From an uncultured Ignavibacteriales bacterium (GTDB taxonomy: Bacteria > Bacteroidota > Ignavibacteria > Ignavibacteriales > Ignavibacteriaceae): a stretch of 64,000 nt of DNA. The position numbers and the translations under genes were made by a program. This document shows, in pieces, positions 1 through 8,663 of this stretch; the stretch's first letter is position 1, and each line of letters begins with the position of its first letter. Where the stretch lies: positions 10,712 to 74,711 of the forward strand of contig CAVPND010000052.1 in NCBI GenBank assembly GCA_963706055.1. The letters are read 5' to 3'. Under the pieces are notes generated by a model. The model did no database searches and had not been told where the DNA came from. It was given only the letters and a program-made list of their open reading frames with translations.

Positions 1-253
1 GAACAAAATTACAAAAACCAGGCGATTCATCGCCTTCCACAAATATCTGCGGATTAGTAAAAAAACCTGATTCAAAGTATAACGCAAAATCAGCATTACC
101 AAGATAAAGATCATTCGTTCCTGTTCTTGTCAGATATATATCAAACAAGAAGTCTGTTCCTACTACCTGCTGATTCTCAATTGTTAGGTCTGCACTTACC
201 TGCGCAAAGGTTAAACTTCCAAGTAATATTAGAATTAAAAATATCTTATTCAT
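1..253 (-). CDS. hypothetical secreted protein, N-terminal 84 codons (gene continues past left edge)
   Basis: Own minus-strand translation. ATG at 253 gives MNKIFLILILLGSLTFAQVSADLTIENQQVVGTDFLFDIYLTRTGTNDLYLGNADFALYFESGFF..., open to base 1. N-terminus looks like a signal peptide. Absent from the ORF track because no stop lies in the window. Confidence 0.5.
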   Translation of the reverse strand, partial: MNKIFLILILLGSLTFAQVSADLTIENQQVVGTDFLFDIYLTRTGTNDLYLGNADFALYFESGFFTNPQIFVEGDESPGFCNFV

Positions 254-929
254 TTTCATTTACTCCTGATGTTTTTACAGTTGATAGTTTATCGGTTAAA
301 GTCGGAACCTGAGTAGTTGTGTTCCTGTTGTTCCACACAGCACTTCTATCAGCGGCATTAACGGTACCGCTTAAGTCCACATCCGTTCCATAATAACCTG
401 AAAGATTTCTCTGGTTCCAGGCATTACTTCTGTCTGCGGCATTAACTGTTCCGCTTCCGTCTGTATCTGCGGTAAAGATTCCGAAGTATCCACCACCTAA
501 ATTCTTTAGTGCATTTGTTCCGTATGCTTTGGTTAAATCCGTACGCATATCATACAAAGCAGGACTAAAGTTAATCCCAACTTTATTTGCTGTCATAACC
601 GGCAGATGATTTCTATGTTTTATCACAACATAGTATTCTCCTTCCGGTGTTGATGGAAATTTTATGTTGCTTGTTCCATCCAGATCCACCAGTGTTCCAT
701 CATTCTTAAGAAATGCTGCTCTTGTTTCAACTACTGTTGTTTCGCTGCTTCTTAGTTCAACAAGAACCCAATCAACAATGTTTTGAGGCATTGAAGCCAC
801 ACTTTCTGTTCCAGTGTAGTTCCAGGGACTTGTGTTATATGGCTGATTAAGAGGAATAAGATTTGATGAATTAAGGAACGTACTCATCTGTCCGCCAACA
901 TAACTTCCCTCAAGAAACACTTTTGACAT
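246..929 (-). CDS. C-terminal fragment of large FG-GAP surface protein: KVFLEGSY..VDWVLVELR module plus two dockerin-like Ca-binding repeats
   Basis: ORF track 227 aa with no signal peptide. Starts 20 nt inside the end of 910..2181, shifted by one base. Repeats DTDGSGTVNAADRS and DVDLSGTVNAADRS; HRNHLPVM module typical of FCB surface proteins. Confidence 0.6.
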   Translation of the reverse strand: MSKVFLEGSYVGGQMSTFLNSSNLIPLNQPYNTSPWNYTGTESVASMPQNIVDWVLVELRSSETTVVETRAAFLKNDGTLVDLDGTSNIKFPSTPEGEYYVVIKHRNHLPVMTANKVGINFSPALYDMRTDLTKAYGTNALKNLGGGYFGIFTADTDGSGTVNAADRSNAWNQRNLSGYYGTDVDLSGTVNAADRSAVWNNRNTTTQVPTLTDKLSTVKTSGVNENE

Positions 930-2181
930 TAGCAGAAAGTACAGCCTCTATATTATCAGAAGAAAATAGGCTTCCATTGTTATGTATATCATAAGCAGAT
1001 ATATAGTAATAGGAATTGCCTGCAAGAGGAGAATTATCAATAAATGTTGTTTCTGTTGTTGTTCCTATAAGTGTTAAGTCTTCAGCCGCAGGTGTATCGC
1101 TTCTGTAGATGTAATAATCTCTTAAATCCGGCTCTGTGTTTTCCTGCCATCCCAGGTTTACGCTGGCACCATTAAGCTGGGCATAAAAATTACCAGGAGG
1201 TAACGGGGCAAGGTTATCTATGCTGTGTCCATATATTATGTTTGAGTACCATCTTTCATCTGCGTTTGTGCCCCTGGCAATTACTCTAAAATAAAAAGTA
1301 CCACTTGAGTTTGAAAATGAATCTGATGGTGTTGGTGATACAAAAGAATATTGAGGTTCTCTTATTGCCGGAATACTTGTAACATAATCCCACACAAAGC
1401 CGGATTGTCCGGGCGGATCGCTTCTTTGAAGTATGTACTCTGAAACGCGGTTCTGTCCTTCAATATCATAAGAACTGCGGTTCCATCTTACTCTTACAAA
1501 ACCGCCCTGGTCATTTGGTATGTCTTTAATTGATAGTACGCTTGGTTTTACAGTTGGAGTGGATGATAAATACAAATATGCACTTCCAGCATATTCCCCT
1601 CCGGTATTATTACCAGGGGCACCAATCATCACGTCGGATAACCCGTCTCCGTTTACATCCCCGACTGAAGAAACAGATGCACCAAAAGAATTCAGAATAT
1701 TCGTCCCCTCGTTAAAGATAACATCTGCGCCATTATTCATATTTACCCCACCAAAATATATGAATGCTCTTCCCGTCCACATATTCATGGGGGCACCAAC
1801 AATTACATCGGCATACCCATCATCATTTACATCTTCGGCAGTAGAAACCGACCAACCTAATAGATCACCAGCAGCTTCACCTGTTAAAATTACGTTTGCA
1901 CTGCTATTCATACTTATACCGCCATAATATATATATGCTCTGCCAGCTTCGGTTCCGCCGGCACCATTTTTCGGGGCACCAATAATTACGTCATCAAAAC
2001 CATCACCATTTACATCTCCTGCAGTAGAAACTGAGGAACCAAATTCATCACTGACTGAAGCGCCGGTTAATATTACATCAGCGAAGTTGTCCATATTCAT
2101 TCCGCCGAAATAAATCAACGCTTGCACCATTTGATCCTGGTATAAATGTACCAACAACAATATCGGAGTAACCATCACCAT
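910..2181 (-). CDS. middle fragment of the same protein: FG-GAP repeats then fibronectin-III-like region
   Basis: 423 aa. Continues the FGxSVSxxGDVNGDGxxDVxxGAP...YIYFGG units of 2078..4291 after a one-base frame change near 2125-2150, then an FN3-like stretch LAPLPPGNFYAQLNGASVNLGWQENTEPDLRDYYIYRS. Confidence 0.65.
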   Translation of the reverse strand: MVMVTPILLLVHLYQDQMVQALIYFGGMNMDNFADVILTGASVSDEFGSSVSTAGDVNGDGFDDVIIGAPKNGAGGTEAGRAYIYYGGISMNSSANVILTGEAAGDLLGWSVSTAEDVNDDGYADVIVGAPMNMWTGRAFIYFGGVNMNNGADVIFNEGTNILNSFGASVSSVGDVNGDGLSDVMIGAPGNNTGGEYAGSAYLYLSSTPTVKPSVLSIKDIPNDQGGFVRVRWNRSSYDIEGQNRVSEYILQRSDPPGQSGFVWDYVTSIPAIREPQYSFVSPTPSDSFSNSSGTFYFRVIARGTNADERWYSNIIYGHSIDNLAPLPPGNFYAQLNGASVNLGWQENTEPDLRDYYIYRSDTPAAEDLTLIGTTTETTFIDNSPLAGNSYYYISAYDIHNNGSLFSSDNIEAVLSANVKSVS

Positions 2182-4291
2182 TTACGTCTCCGGCTGATGA
2201 AACAGAATATCCAAATTGATCCTCGGGGCCATAGTGGGGTAACGTTATATCCACTATGCTGTTCATAATTGCACCTCCAAAATATACATATACTATACCG
2301 GCATTGTTTCCTCCTGCATCATTGCCGGATGCACCAACAATAACATCATCATATCCATCGCCATTTACATCTCCTGCAGGGGACACAGAAGATCCAAATA
2401 CTTCTCCTGCAGATGTACCTGTTAAAATAACATCCACCGTATTATTCATACTTGCGCCGCCCAAATAGATATAAGCCCTACCGGCATTGTTTCCTGCTAC
2501 ATCATTGCCAGGTGCACCAACAATAACATCATCATATCCATCACCATTAACATCTCCGGCTGAAGAAGCAGAAGAACCAAAACGATCATCAGCCGCAACA
2601 CCTGTTAAAATTAAATTTGCTGCACTATTGGAGACAAGTCCGCCGAAATAAATATATGCTCTTCCTGCGTTACTACCCCCTGCATCATTACCAGGGGCAC
2701 TAACAATTATATCACTAAAACCATCACCGTTTACATCACCTGCGGTGGAAACTGAATGACCTAAATTATCACCTGCCGTAATACTTGAAAAAATTTCATC
2801 CGGCATATCAAATCCAGTAAGAGAATTTATGTATAGATAAACTCTTCCGGCATCCTCTCCAGCCGTATCGTTTTGAGAAGCACCAACAATCATCTCAGGA
2901 TATCCGTCTCCATTCATATCTCCGGCAATTGAAACGGAAACTCCAAAAATATCACTGGCGGCATCACCGGTTAATAAAACATCCGGAATTAAATCAACAG
3001 AGGGACCACCATTGAAAACATATACGCGACCAGCGTTAGTGCCTCCAACATCATTTAAATAAGCACCTACAATAAAATCACTATATCCATCGAAATTTAT
3101 ATCTGCCGCTGAAACTGAGTATCCAAAATTATCACCAGCCGCAAAGCCAGACATTGTAATGTCGGAAATATTATCCATTGATGCTCCGCCATAATAGATA
3201 AAAATTCTACCAGCATCGGTGAGCGTGAAAAAATCTGCTAGCGGTGCGCCTATAATAACATCGCTATAGCCATCACCATTAATATCGCCTGCGTTGGAAA
3301 GCGAAGTACTAAATCTGTCATTGCTTGCTGTGCCTGTAAAAATAACATCAGCAACACTATTCATAGAAATTCCGCCATAATAAATGTAAGCTCTTCCGGT
3401 AAATGAGTTGAAACCACGAGCACCAACAATTACATCTCCAAAACCATCACCGTTAACATCGCCGGCATTAGCAACTGATGTCCCAAACCAGCTAGAGACT
3501 GTTTCGCCGGTTAACAGTATATCAGCAGTATTGTTCATAACAGAACCACCATAGTAGATATAAGCTCTGCCGGCATTAGCTCCGCCACCATCATTTAAGT
3601 AGGCGCCAACTATAACGTCGGTAAAACCGTCGCCATTTACATCACCGGCTGAAGAAACCGAGGTGCCAAATTCATCACCAGCAGCGGCTCCTGTTAGTAT
3701 AACATCAACGGTAGTGTTCATTGATGAACCCCCAAAATATATGTATGATCTTCCAGCCCCGTTTCCACCGGCATCATTTTGAGGGGCACCTACAATTACG
3801 TCATCATAACCATCACCATTAACATCGCCCGCTCCCGAAACGGAGGTTCCAAATCTGTCTCCCGTTACAGCTCCGTTGAGTATTAAATCGGCGCTAGAAT
3901 TGATTACCGAACCACCATAATATATATATGATTTGCCTGTGGTGTTAAATGCGGCACCAACAATAATATCATCATATCCATCCCCGTTAACATCGCCGGC
4001 ATTCGAAACAGATTGACCGAAATAATCAAAAGCGGCTTGTCCTGTAAAAAATCTTTCCTGCATTGCATCAGGCAAAGGATCGCCTCCGCCATTGTTTGAA
4101 GCAGAGCTTAGAATTTCCTGGAGCCGATTTGTGCTTATTCCAAGTTCACTTGCTTTACTGTTAATGTCAATCGGTTTATTGGTTTCATCATTACCTTCAG
4201 GTCTTTGCTCAAGGTATTGTGCATTAACAGTAATCATAAATAAGAACAGTAAGCACAAAGTTCTTATCAGTTTATGGTGATGTTTATTCAT
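2078..4291 (-). CDS. FG-GAP (integrin-alpha/VCBS-type) repeat protein, N-terminal fragment with signal peptide
   Basis: 737 aa. Signal peptide MNKHHHKLIRTLCLLFLFMITVNAQ. About ten tandem ~65-aa units FGxSVSxAGDVNGDGYDDVIVGAP....GRAYIYFGG. Confidence 0.85.
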   Translation of the reverse strand: MNKHHHKLIRTLCLLFLFMITVNAQYLEQRPEGNDETNKPIDINSKASELGISTNRLQEILSSASNNGGGDPLPDAMQERFFTGQAAFDYFGQSVSNAGDVNGDGYDDIIVGAAFNTTGKSYIYYGGSVINSSADLILNGAVTGDRFGTSVSGAGDVNGDGYDDVIVGAPQNDAGGNGAGRSYIYFGGSSMNTTVDVILTGAAAGDEFGTSVSSAGDVNGDGFTDVIVGAYLNDGGGANAGRAYIYYGGSVMNNTADILLTGETVSSWFGTSVANAGDVNGDGFGDVIVGARGFNSFTGRAYIYYGGISMNSVADVIFTGTASNDRFSTSLSNAGDINGDGYSDVIIGAPLADFFTLTDAGRIFIYYGGASMDNISDITMSGFAAGDNFGYSVSAADINFDGYSDFIVGAYLNDVGGTNAGRVYVFNGGPSVDLIPDVLLTGDAASDIFGVSVSIAGDMNGDGYPEMIVGASQNDTAGEDAGRVYLYINSLTGFDMPDEIFSSITAGDNLGHSVSTAGDVNGDGFSDIIVSAPGNDAGGSNAGRAYIYFGGLVSNSAANLILTGVAADDRFGSSASSAGDVNGDGYDDVIVGAPGNDVAGNNAGRAYIYLGGASMNNTVDVILTGTSAGEVFGSSVSPAGDVNGDGYDDVIVGASGNDAGGNNAGIVYVYFGGAIMNSIVDITLPHYGPEDQFGYSVSSAGDVNGDGYSDIVVGTFIPGSNGASVDLFRRNEYGQLR

Positions 4292-4309
4292 TCTTGTTCC
4301 TTTACTTGA

Positions 4310-4435
4310 TTATAAATTTCTTATTAGTCCAAGAACCAGTATTAAAAACGAAAAACCAATTGTTAAGCCTATCGTTTTAATAATACGATTATTAATTTTT
4401 TCTGCTTTTTTTATTTCATCAAAAGTTTTCTGCAT
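4310..4435 (-). CDS. possible 41-aa single-pass membrane peptide
   Basis: Own translation: MQKTFDEIKKAEKINNRIIKTIGLTIGFSFLILVLGLIRNL-stop. One hydrophobic helix. Lies in the 190-nt gap upstream of the FG-GAP gene. Too short for the ORF track and has no homology support. Confidence 0.2.
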   Translation of the reverse strand: MQKTFDEIKKAEKINNRIIKTIGLTIGFSFLILVLGLIRNL

Positions 4436-4482
4436 AGAATGTTCTCTTCTTTTATTTTATAAATGTTTTTGGTCTATGGAAA

Positions 4483-5277
4483 TCATGGTTTAATCCTTAC
4501 GTATCCAAGAGTCCATCCGCCAATTACCTGCGAGCCAACTTCTGTATCAAGTAATGTAACTGTGTAGAGCCTGTCCCCCCTAGGTAATAGCACTGAAAGA
4601 GGTACAAAAGCACTAACCTGAGTGGCATCGAGTGATGCACCTGTTACTGCAACAGTGGTTGTAAATACTCCATCTGAAAATCGAATAGTATTTGCGAATA
4701 AGTTCTCTCCATTTATATAAAAGTCAGTATTAGAAGTGCCGCCTAAAACCTGACCCGGAAGTGTGTTGGAGAATATTTTCAACCTGGGTAGTGATTCGCC
4801 TTTCGTTGTTCTGCTGTAGCTTCTGCCGGATCTTGAATATGAAAAAGCATAATCTTTTAGTTCCTTGGATTTGCTGCCTAATGAAGCTGGTAATTTCCCT
4901 ATCATATTCCATGACCCTTCACCAAACGCTATAACATTGTACCAGACGGAATCGATATCAACAGAATTACCATTAATAGTTAGTGTTCCTTCAGTTTTTG
5001 TAAGCCCAAATCCTTTACCACTAATTTTAAACTTTTCACCCGGTACGACGTACACACCATTTATAAGTTTATAGAAATAAACTCCGCTTGAAAGTTCGAT
5101 ACTGATGCTATCAAATTCTACCTCATAGCTTCCGGCGGATCTGTATTCATCCACCAAAGTCGCAACTTCATTTCCAAGGACATCATAAACTTTTAGATAA
5201 GGATTTTCATCTTTTATTGAAGTAACGCCGCCCAACAATCCATTTGCACCAATGTACTTTAGCATATAAGTTTTCAC
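4483..5277 (-). CDS. 3-prime fragment of IYAQ-module repeat protein: internal T9SS-sorting-domain-like segment followed by IPT/TIG-like domain
   Basis: 264 aa. LKVYDVLGNEVATLVDEYRSAGSYEVEFD...SSGVYFYKL resembles a Por sorting domain, but the frame stays open ~190 codons further (VVPGEKFKISGKGFG..TLTINGNSV). Same frame as 5329..5583. Confidence 0.5.
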   Translation of the reverse strand: MKTYMLKYIGANGLLGGVTSIKDENPYLKVYDVLGNEVATLVDEYRSAGSYEVEFDSISIELSSGVYFYKLINGVYVVPGEKFKISGKGFGLTKTEGTLTINGNSVDIDSVWYNVIAFGEGSWNMIGKLPASLGSKSKELKDYAFSYSRSGRSYSRTTKGESLPRLKIFSNTLPGQVLGGTSNTDFYINGENLFANTIRFSDGVFTTTVAVTGASLDATQVSAFVPLSVLLPRGDRLYTVTLLDTEVGSQVIGGWTLGYVRIKP

Positions 5278-5328
5278 CCGGTTCCAGATGGCGGACCAGC
5301 ATAAGAGAATATCACTATTGCTCCGCCA

Positions 5329-5583
5329 TTATTTATATCGGGATTTAATGTTATCTATTCCAGCATTAACAAATTGATCTGTTAATCTAACAGAGTTACT
5401 TTGCCAGGCAAAAGAACTATCCGGATTTATTCGCTGAGCATATATTCCTGGTCCTTGCGGGTTACTGGTTTCAGACCAGGAAACATAAACACCGTTATTA
5501 TTTGTTGATATACCTGTGTTTGTAAAAGTATAAGGCGTACCGCTTACATTTAATTCCATTAGGTGTCCACTGAGGCTGACCAC
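5329..5583 (-). CDS. fragment of IYAQ-module repeat protein
   Basis: 84 aa with NNNGVYVSWSE...GIYAQRINPDSSFAW modules like those of 5792..6643. Joined to its neighbours only through frame changes. Confidence 0.45.
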   Translation of the reverse strand: MVSLSGHLMELNVSGTPYTFTNTGISTNNNGVYVSWSETSNPQGPGIYAQRINPDSSFAWQSNSVRLTDQFVNAGIDNIKSRYK

Positions 5584-5765
5584 AGATTGTTAAGTTTCTG
5601 TGCATAGATATCGTAAGCAACATTAATTCTCCTTCCGTCTTTCCATATCAAATAATAATCTGAACTGGTTCTGCTTCTAATAATCTTAAAATCAGTATGT
5701 CCGCCGGGAACATTATTGATGGCAACATGATTCTCGCCCCATAAACGATTTCCGGTTGTATCCAT
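5559..5765 (-). CDS. fragment of IYAQ-module repeat protein
   Basis: 68 aa: (LFAQA)MDTTGNRLWGENHV...YDIYAQKL. The next module (TICGQPQWTPNGI) is readable one base further on. Confidence 0.45.
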   Translation of the reverse strand: MDTTGNRLWGENHVAINNVPGGHTDFKIIRSRTSSDYYLIWKDGRRINVAYDIYAQKLNNLWSASVDT

Positions 5766-5791
5766 TGCCTGAGCAAATAAACCTCCACCAA

Positions 5792-6643
5792 TTAGCCGCC
5801 CAATGCAATAGCAACTGATTCTCCATTTTCATTATCTCCCAATGTAACGCTGGTACCTATTTGTGGTCCATCTATGGCTACAAGTTTCCCCGGCGTTGGA
5901 AATTTAAGAATACCTGTTGAGTCAACAATCTGGTAATAAATGGAGTAGCTTCCAGTAGTATGTCTGTAAACAACAGAAACTCCCATTGGGCTTTTTACCA
6001 TTCTTGGACTTCTTGTATCAACAGCACCGTCTGTTAAGATTGCGCCTGTTGAATCCCACATAATGTTTCCATCTTTATCAATCCTTTGGGCACGAAGTTG
6101 TCCGTAACCAAAATATGATCTGGTCCAGCTTACATATGCACCACCGTTATTATCCGGAAGAACACTATATTCAGATAAAGCCCCCGGTGTTGGAGTATTG
6201 TACTGGCTGACCGGAACACCATTTAACTCCCAAAGTGGATTTCCATCAAAATCCAATTTCTGCGCATAAAGATCTGTGGAATTAGTATAATTTGGTCTGT
6301 CATCATACCAAAAGACAATCACGCAGCTATCGGTTGTAGTTACTGCCCATGGATATTGCTGATTTCCTGCTTCAACAGAAACAGGTATGCCATTATCAGC
6401 GAAATATGTGTTGCCAAGACTATCAAATCTCTGGATATAAATATCATTTCCGGTTGAAGAATTACGTGCATCTGTCCAAGCAACAAAAAATCCACCTTTT
6501 CTATCTAACGCCAGCGAGGGGTAGTTTTGAGTCCCAGGTGCGGCAGAGATAATATTGCTTTCCTCAACGGTTGTTTTCCATTGCGGTCTGATAAAAGACA
6601 CGGCTAAAAGAACAATCAGCAAAACTGTGTAGATGATTTTCAT
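5792..6643 (-). CDS. secreted repeat protein, N-terminal fragment (IYAQ-x-D-x-x-G-x-x-x-W modules, beta-propeller-like)
   Basis: 283 aa. Signal peptide MKIIYTVLLIVLLAVSFIRPQ. Repeats NDIYIQRFDSLGN, TDLYAQKLDFDGNPLWELNG, QLRAQRIDKDGNIMWDSTG. Confidence 0.65.
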   Translation of the reverse strand: MKIIYTVLLIVLLAVSFIRPQWKTTVEESNIISAAPGTQNYPSLALDRKGGFFVAWTDARNSSTGNDIYIQRFDSLGNTYFADNGIPVSVEAGNQQYPWAVTTTDSCVIVFWYDDRPNYTNSTDLYAQKLDFDGNPLWELNGVPVSQYNTPTPGALSEYSVLPDNNGGAYVSWTRSYFGYGQLRAQRIDKDGNIMWDSTGAILTDGAVDTRSPRMVKSPMGVSVVYRHTTGSYSIYYQIVDSTGILKFPTPGKLVAIDGPQIGTSVTLGDNENGESVAIALGG

Positions 6644-6754
6644 AAATTTCCTTTTAATGATTATAGATTAGGTAGTTATTCTATCTCTTATTTGCAGATT
6701 GGTAAGAAATATTGAAAACGAATTTTCGAATTTTTCTGATTTTGTTGACTAATA

Positions 6755-7364
6755 TTGACCCTATGCAACTTTACTTTTGATGAAAAATCTTTGATAGAGA
6801 AAATTGTTTCGGGTGATACGGATGCAGAGAATCGCCTGTTTTTGCATTTTAAAGAGAGGATTGAATTTTTAGTCCGTGCAAGATTAAGAAGGAAAAGTTT
6901 CTGCAGATGATCAACAGGATATTATAAGTGAAGCGAGGCAGGCAATCTTGTTAAGCTTAAGAAAAGGCGGATTTGATCCTGCAAAAGGAAAACCGCTAGA
7001 GGCATATATTGCGGGAATTGTAAGCAATATTGTAGCAATGTATTTCAGAAATCTAACCAAAACAAACTCAACAGAAGATATAGATAAACACCACAAGCTT
7101 GAATCTTTTACTAATCCCTTAATAGAAATTCTGGATTACGAAAAGAAAGAAATTGTAAGATCAGCGCTTGCTTCTCTTGATGATAAATACAAAGAGGTTA
7201 TTTTGTTAAGGATTTATGAAGAAAAATCTATTGAAGAAATATCAGGTAAAATTGGAATTGAAAAACGTCGGGTGAGCGAAAGAATTAATTACGCATTAAA
7301 ACTTTTGCTAAAAGAATTAAAAAAGAAAAATTATTTTCAATATTCCGACACTTTTAACAAATAG
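6755..7364 (+). pseudogene. ECF-type RNA polymerase sigma-70 factor interrupted by one extra base in an A4 run (6893-6896)
   Basis: Own translation from TTG 6755: ..DEKSLIEKIVSGDTDAENRLFLHFKERIEFLVRARLRRK, then a stop at 6908. Removing one A joins it to VSADDQQDIISEARQAILLSLRKGGFDPAKG... of ORF 6948..7364. Region 4 HTH: EVILLRIYEEKSIEEISGKIGIEKRRVSERINYALKLL. Confidence 0.75.
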
Positions 7365-7387
7365 TTATTAGAAAGAAACAGGTTCTG

Positions 7388-8092
7388 ATGAAATGTAAAT
7401 TAGAAAATAGAGAAAATTTAATAAGCAAATACCTGATGAATGAACTTTCTGATGAAGAAAGTTTAAAATTTGAAGAACATTATTTTGGCTGCGAGGGTTG
7501 CTTTAATGAACTTAAAGCTGCAGAGCAATCTCTTAATTTTGTGGCCAAAGAAGGCGGTATTGCCTTTGAAGTTATAAAACAAAAGAAAACCAAAAATATT
7601 TTTTCATTCATTCCCGCATTTCCAACAACGGCAAAATTTGGATTTGCTTTGTCAGTTTTAGCATTGTTGTTTATTCTATACTTTGCACTTAAAACCGATA
7701 AAACTCAGCCTCCTGATGAAAAACAAATAATTACCGAAACTAAGACGGAGCCGGAACAAAAGGTTGATTCGCCTAAGACCCAAACAGAAAAACCAGTTGA
7801 GCCGAATAAAAATTTAATAGCGGAGCTTTCAGGTCCGGAGTTTAATCCAAGTCCTTATTATGAAGAATGGATAAACGAAACTGTACGTTCGGGAAATATT
7901 CTAATAGAAAAAGTTATCTTACCAAAGAACAATGATAAATATTCAAACCAATCTGTGTTATTTAAATGGCGAATGACAGAAAATATTCCGGTTAACCTGG
8001 TAATTATGAATAACGATGATGACATTATTTTTTCTACAAAAGTCTCGGCAGATAACTTTCCCGAGTATTCGATATCGGTAAAAGCTAGATGA
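7388..8092 (+). CDS. anti-sigma factor (zf-HC2 type, single TM helix); likely continues to 8184 in other frames
   Basis: 234 aa, 23 nt after the sigma gene. HYFGCEGCFNELKAAE zinc-finger motif; TM helix FGFALSVLALLFILYFAL. A conserved-looking tail GLYYWRIEDEIEVLYLGKFYFIKKQ-stop is readable at 8089..8184 in another frame. Confidence 0.7.
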   Translation: MKCKLENRENLISKYLMNELSDEESLKFEEHYFGCEGCFNELKAAEQSLNFVAKEGGIAFEVIKQKKTKNIFSFIPAFPTTAKFGFALSVLALLFILYFALKTDKTQPPDEKQIITETKTEPEQKVDSPKTQTEKPVEPNKNLIAELSGPEFNPSPYYEEWINETVRSGNILIEKVILPKNNDKYSNQSVLFKWRMTENIPVNLVIMNNDDDIIFSTKVSADNFPEYSISVKAR

Positions 8093-8289
8093 TCTTAAAA
8101 AATTCCGGATTATATTATTGGCGGATAGAAGATGAAATAGAAGTTCTTTATTTGGGTAAATTTTACTTTATCAAAAAGCAATAGCACGCGCAATAGCAAC
8201 ACGGCATGTCGACGGATAAACGCAATTCTCGCGGATTAAATCAGTGCAAATCAACTTAATCAGCGTTATCGGTGTTCCATTTTTTTCAA

Positions 8290-8663
8290 TCAACTGCCGA
8301 TCAATAAAAATCCCGCCCAGGATCTTGGTCTTGCAGTTATTTCATCGTTAATTAATTTTAACTTTGCCTGTCTTAAGGATTCAGAATAAGCTTTAGCCGA
8401 TATCATTTTGCTTGTAAAATTCAACCATCAAGTTCACTTGTATGCTTATCGGGAATCTTCCACAAAGAAAACACAATATTGGAAGTACCCGAGTATAAAA
8501 ATCCACGATTAAGCGCGATCATTCCTTCACCTCGGAAATAATTTTCCAAGTCCGCTTTCACAGCTGCTAAGAACAACAAGATCAGCAGACAGCTCAAGAT
8601 TATATGTTTCTCCCGAGTAAAGAATTCCGTCGTTAGAAAATACCGAGTCAGCTGGTTGAGCAA
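8290..8663 (-). CDS. C-terminal CHAT-domain fragments (frameshifted continuation of 8527..11340)
   Basis: ORF 8421..8663 gives GEGMIALNRGFLYSGTSNIVFSLWKIPDKHTSEL. Own translation then finds MVEFYKQ and SAKAYSESLRQAKLKLINDEITARPRSWAGFLLIGS-stop (stop codon 8290-8292) after two more one-base shifts. Confidence 0.6.

Noticed and set aside
127-312. 61-aa plus-strand ORF
   Set aside because: It is fully overlapped by two better-supported minus-strand genes (1..253 with a signal peptide, and the dockerin-like end of 246..929).
1520-2468. Plus-strand ORFs 1520..1927, 1530..1715 and 2256..2468, with repeated ..APPKY.. / ..TSP.. strings
   Set aside because: They are antisense read-through of the FG-GAP repeats. 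Their periodicity mirrors the minus-strand repeat, and they have no start context or signal. The minus-strand protein is clearly the real one.
1600-4000. Regular ~190-200-nt DNA periodicity that could be mistaken for a repeat array or CRISPR
   Set aside because: The repeats are in-frame protein units (FG-GAP), diverged at third positions, with no short conserved direct repeats separated by unique spacers.
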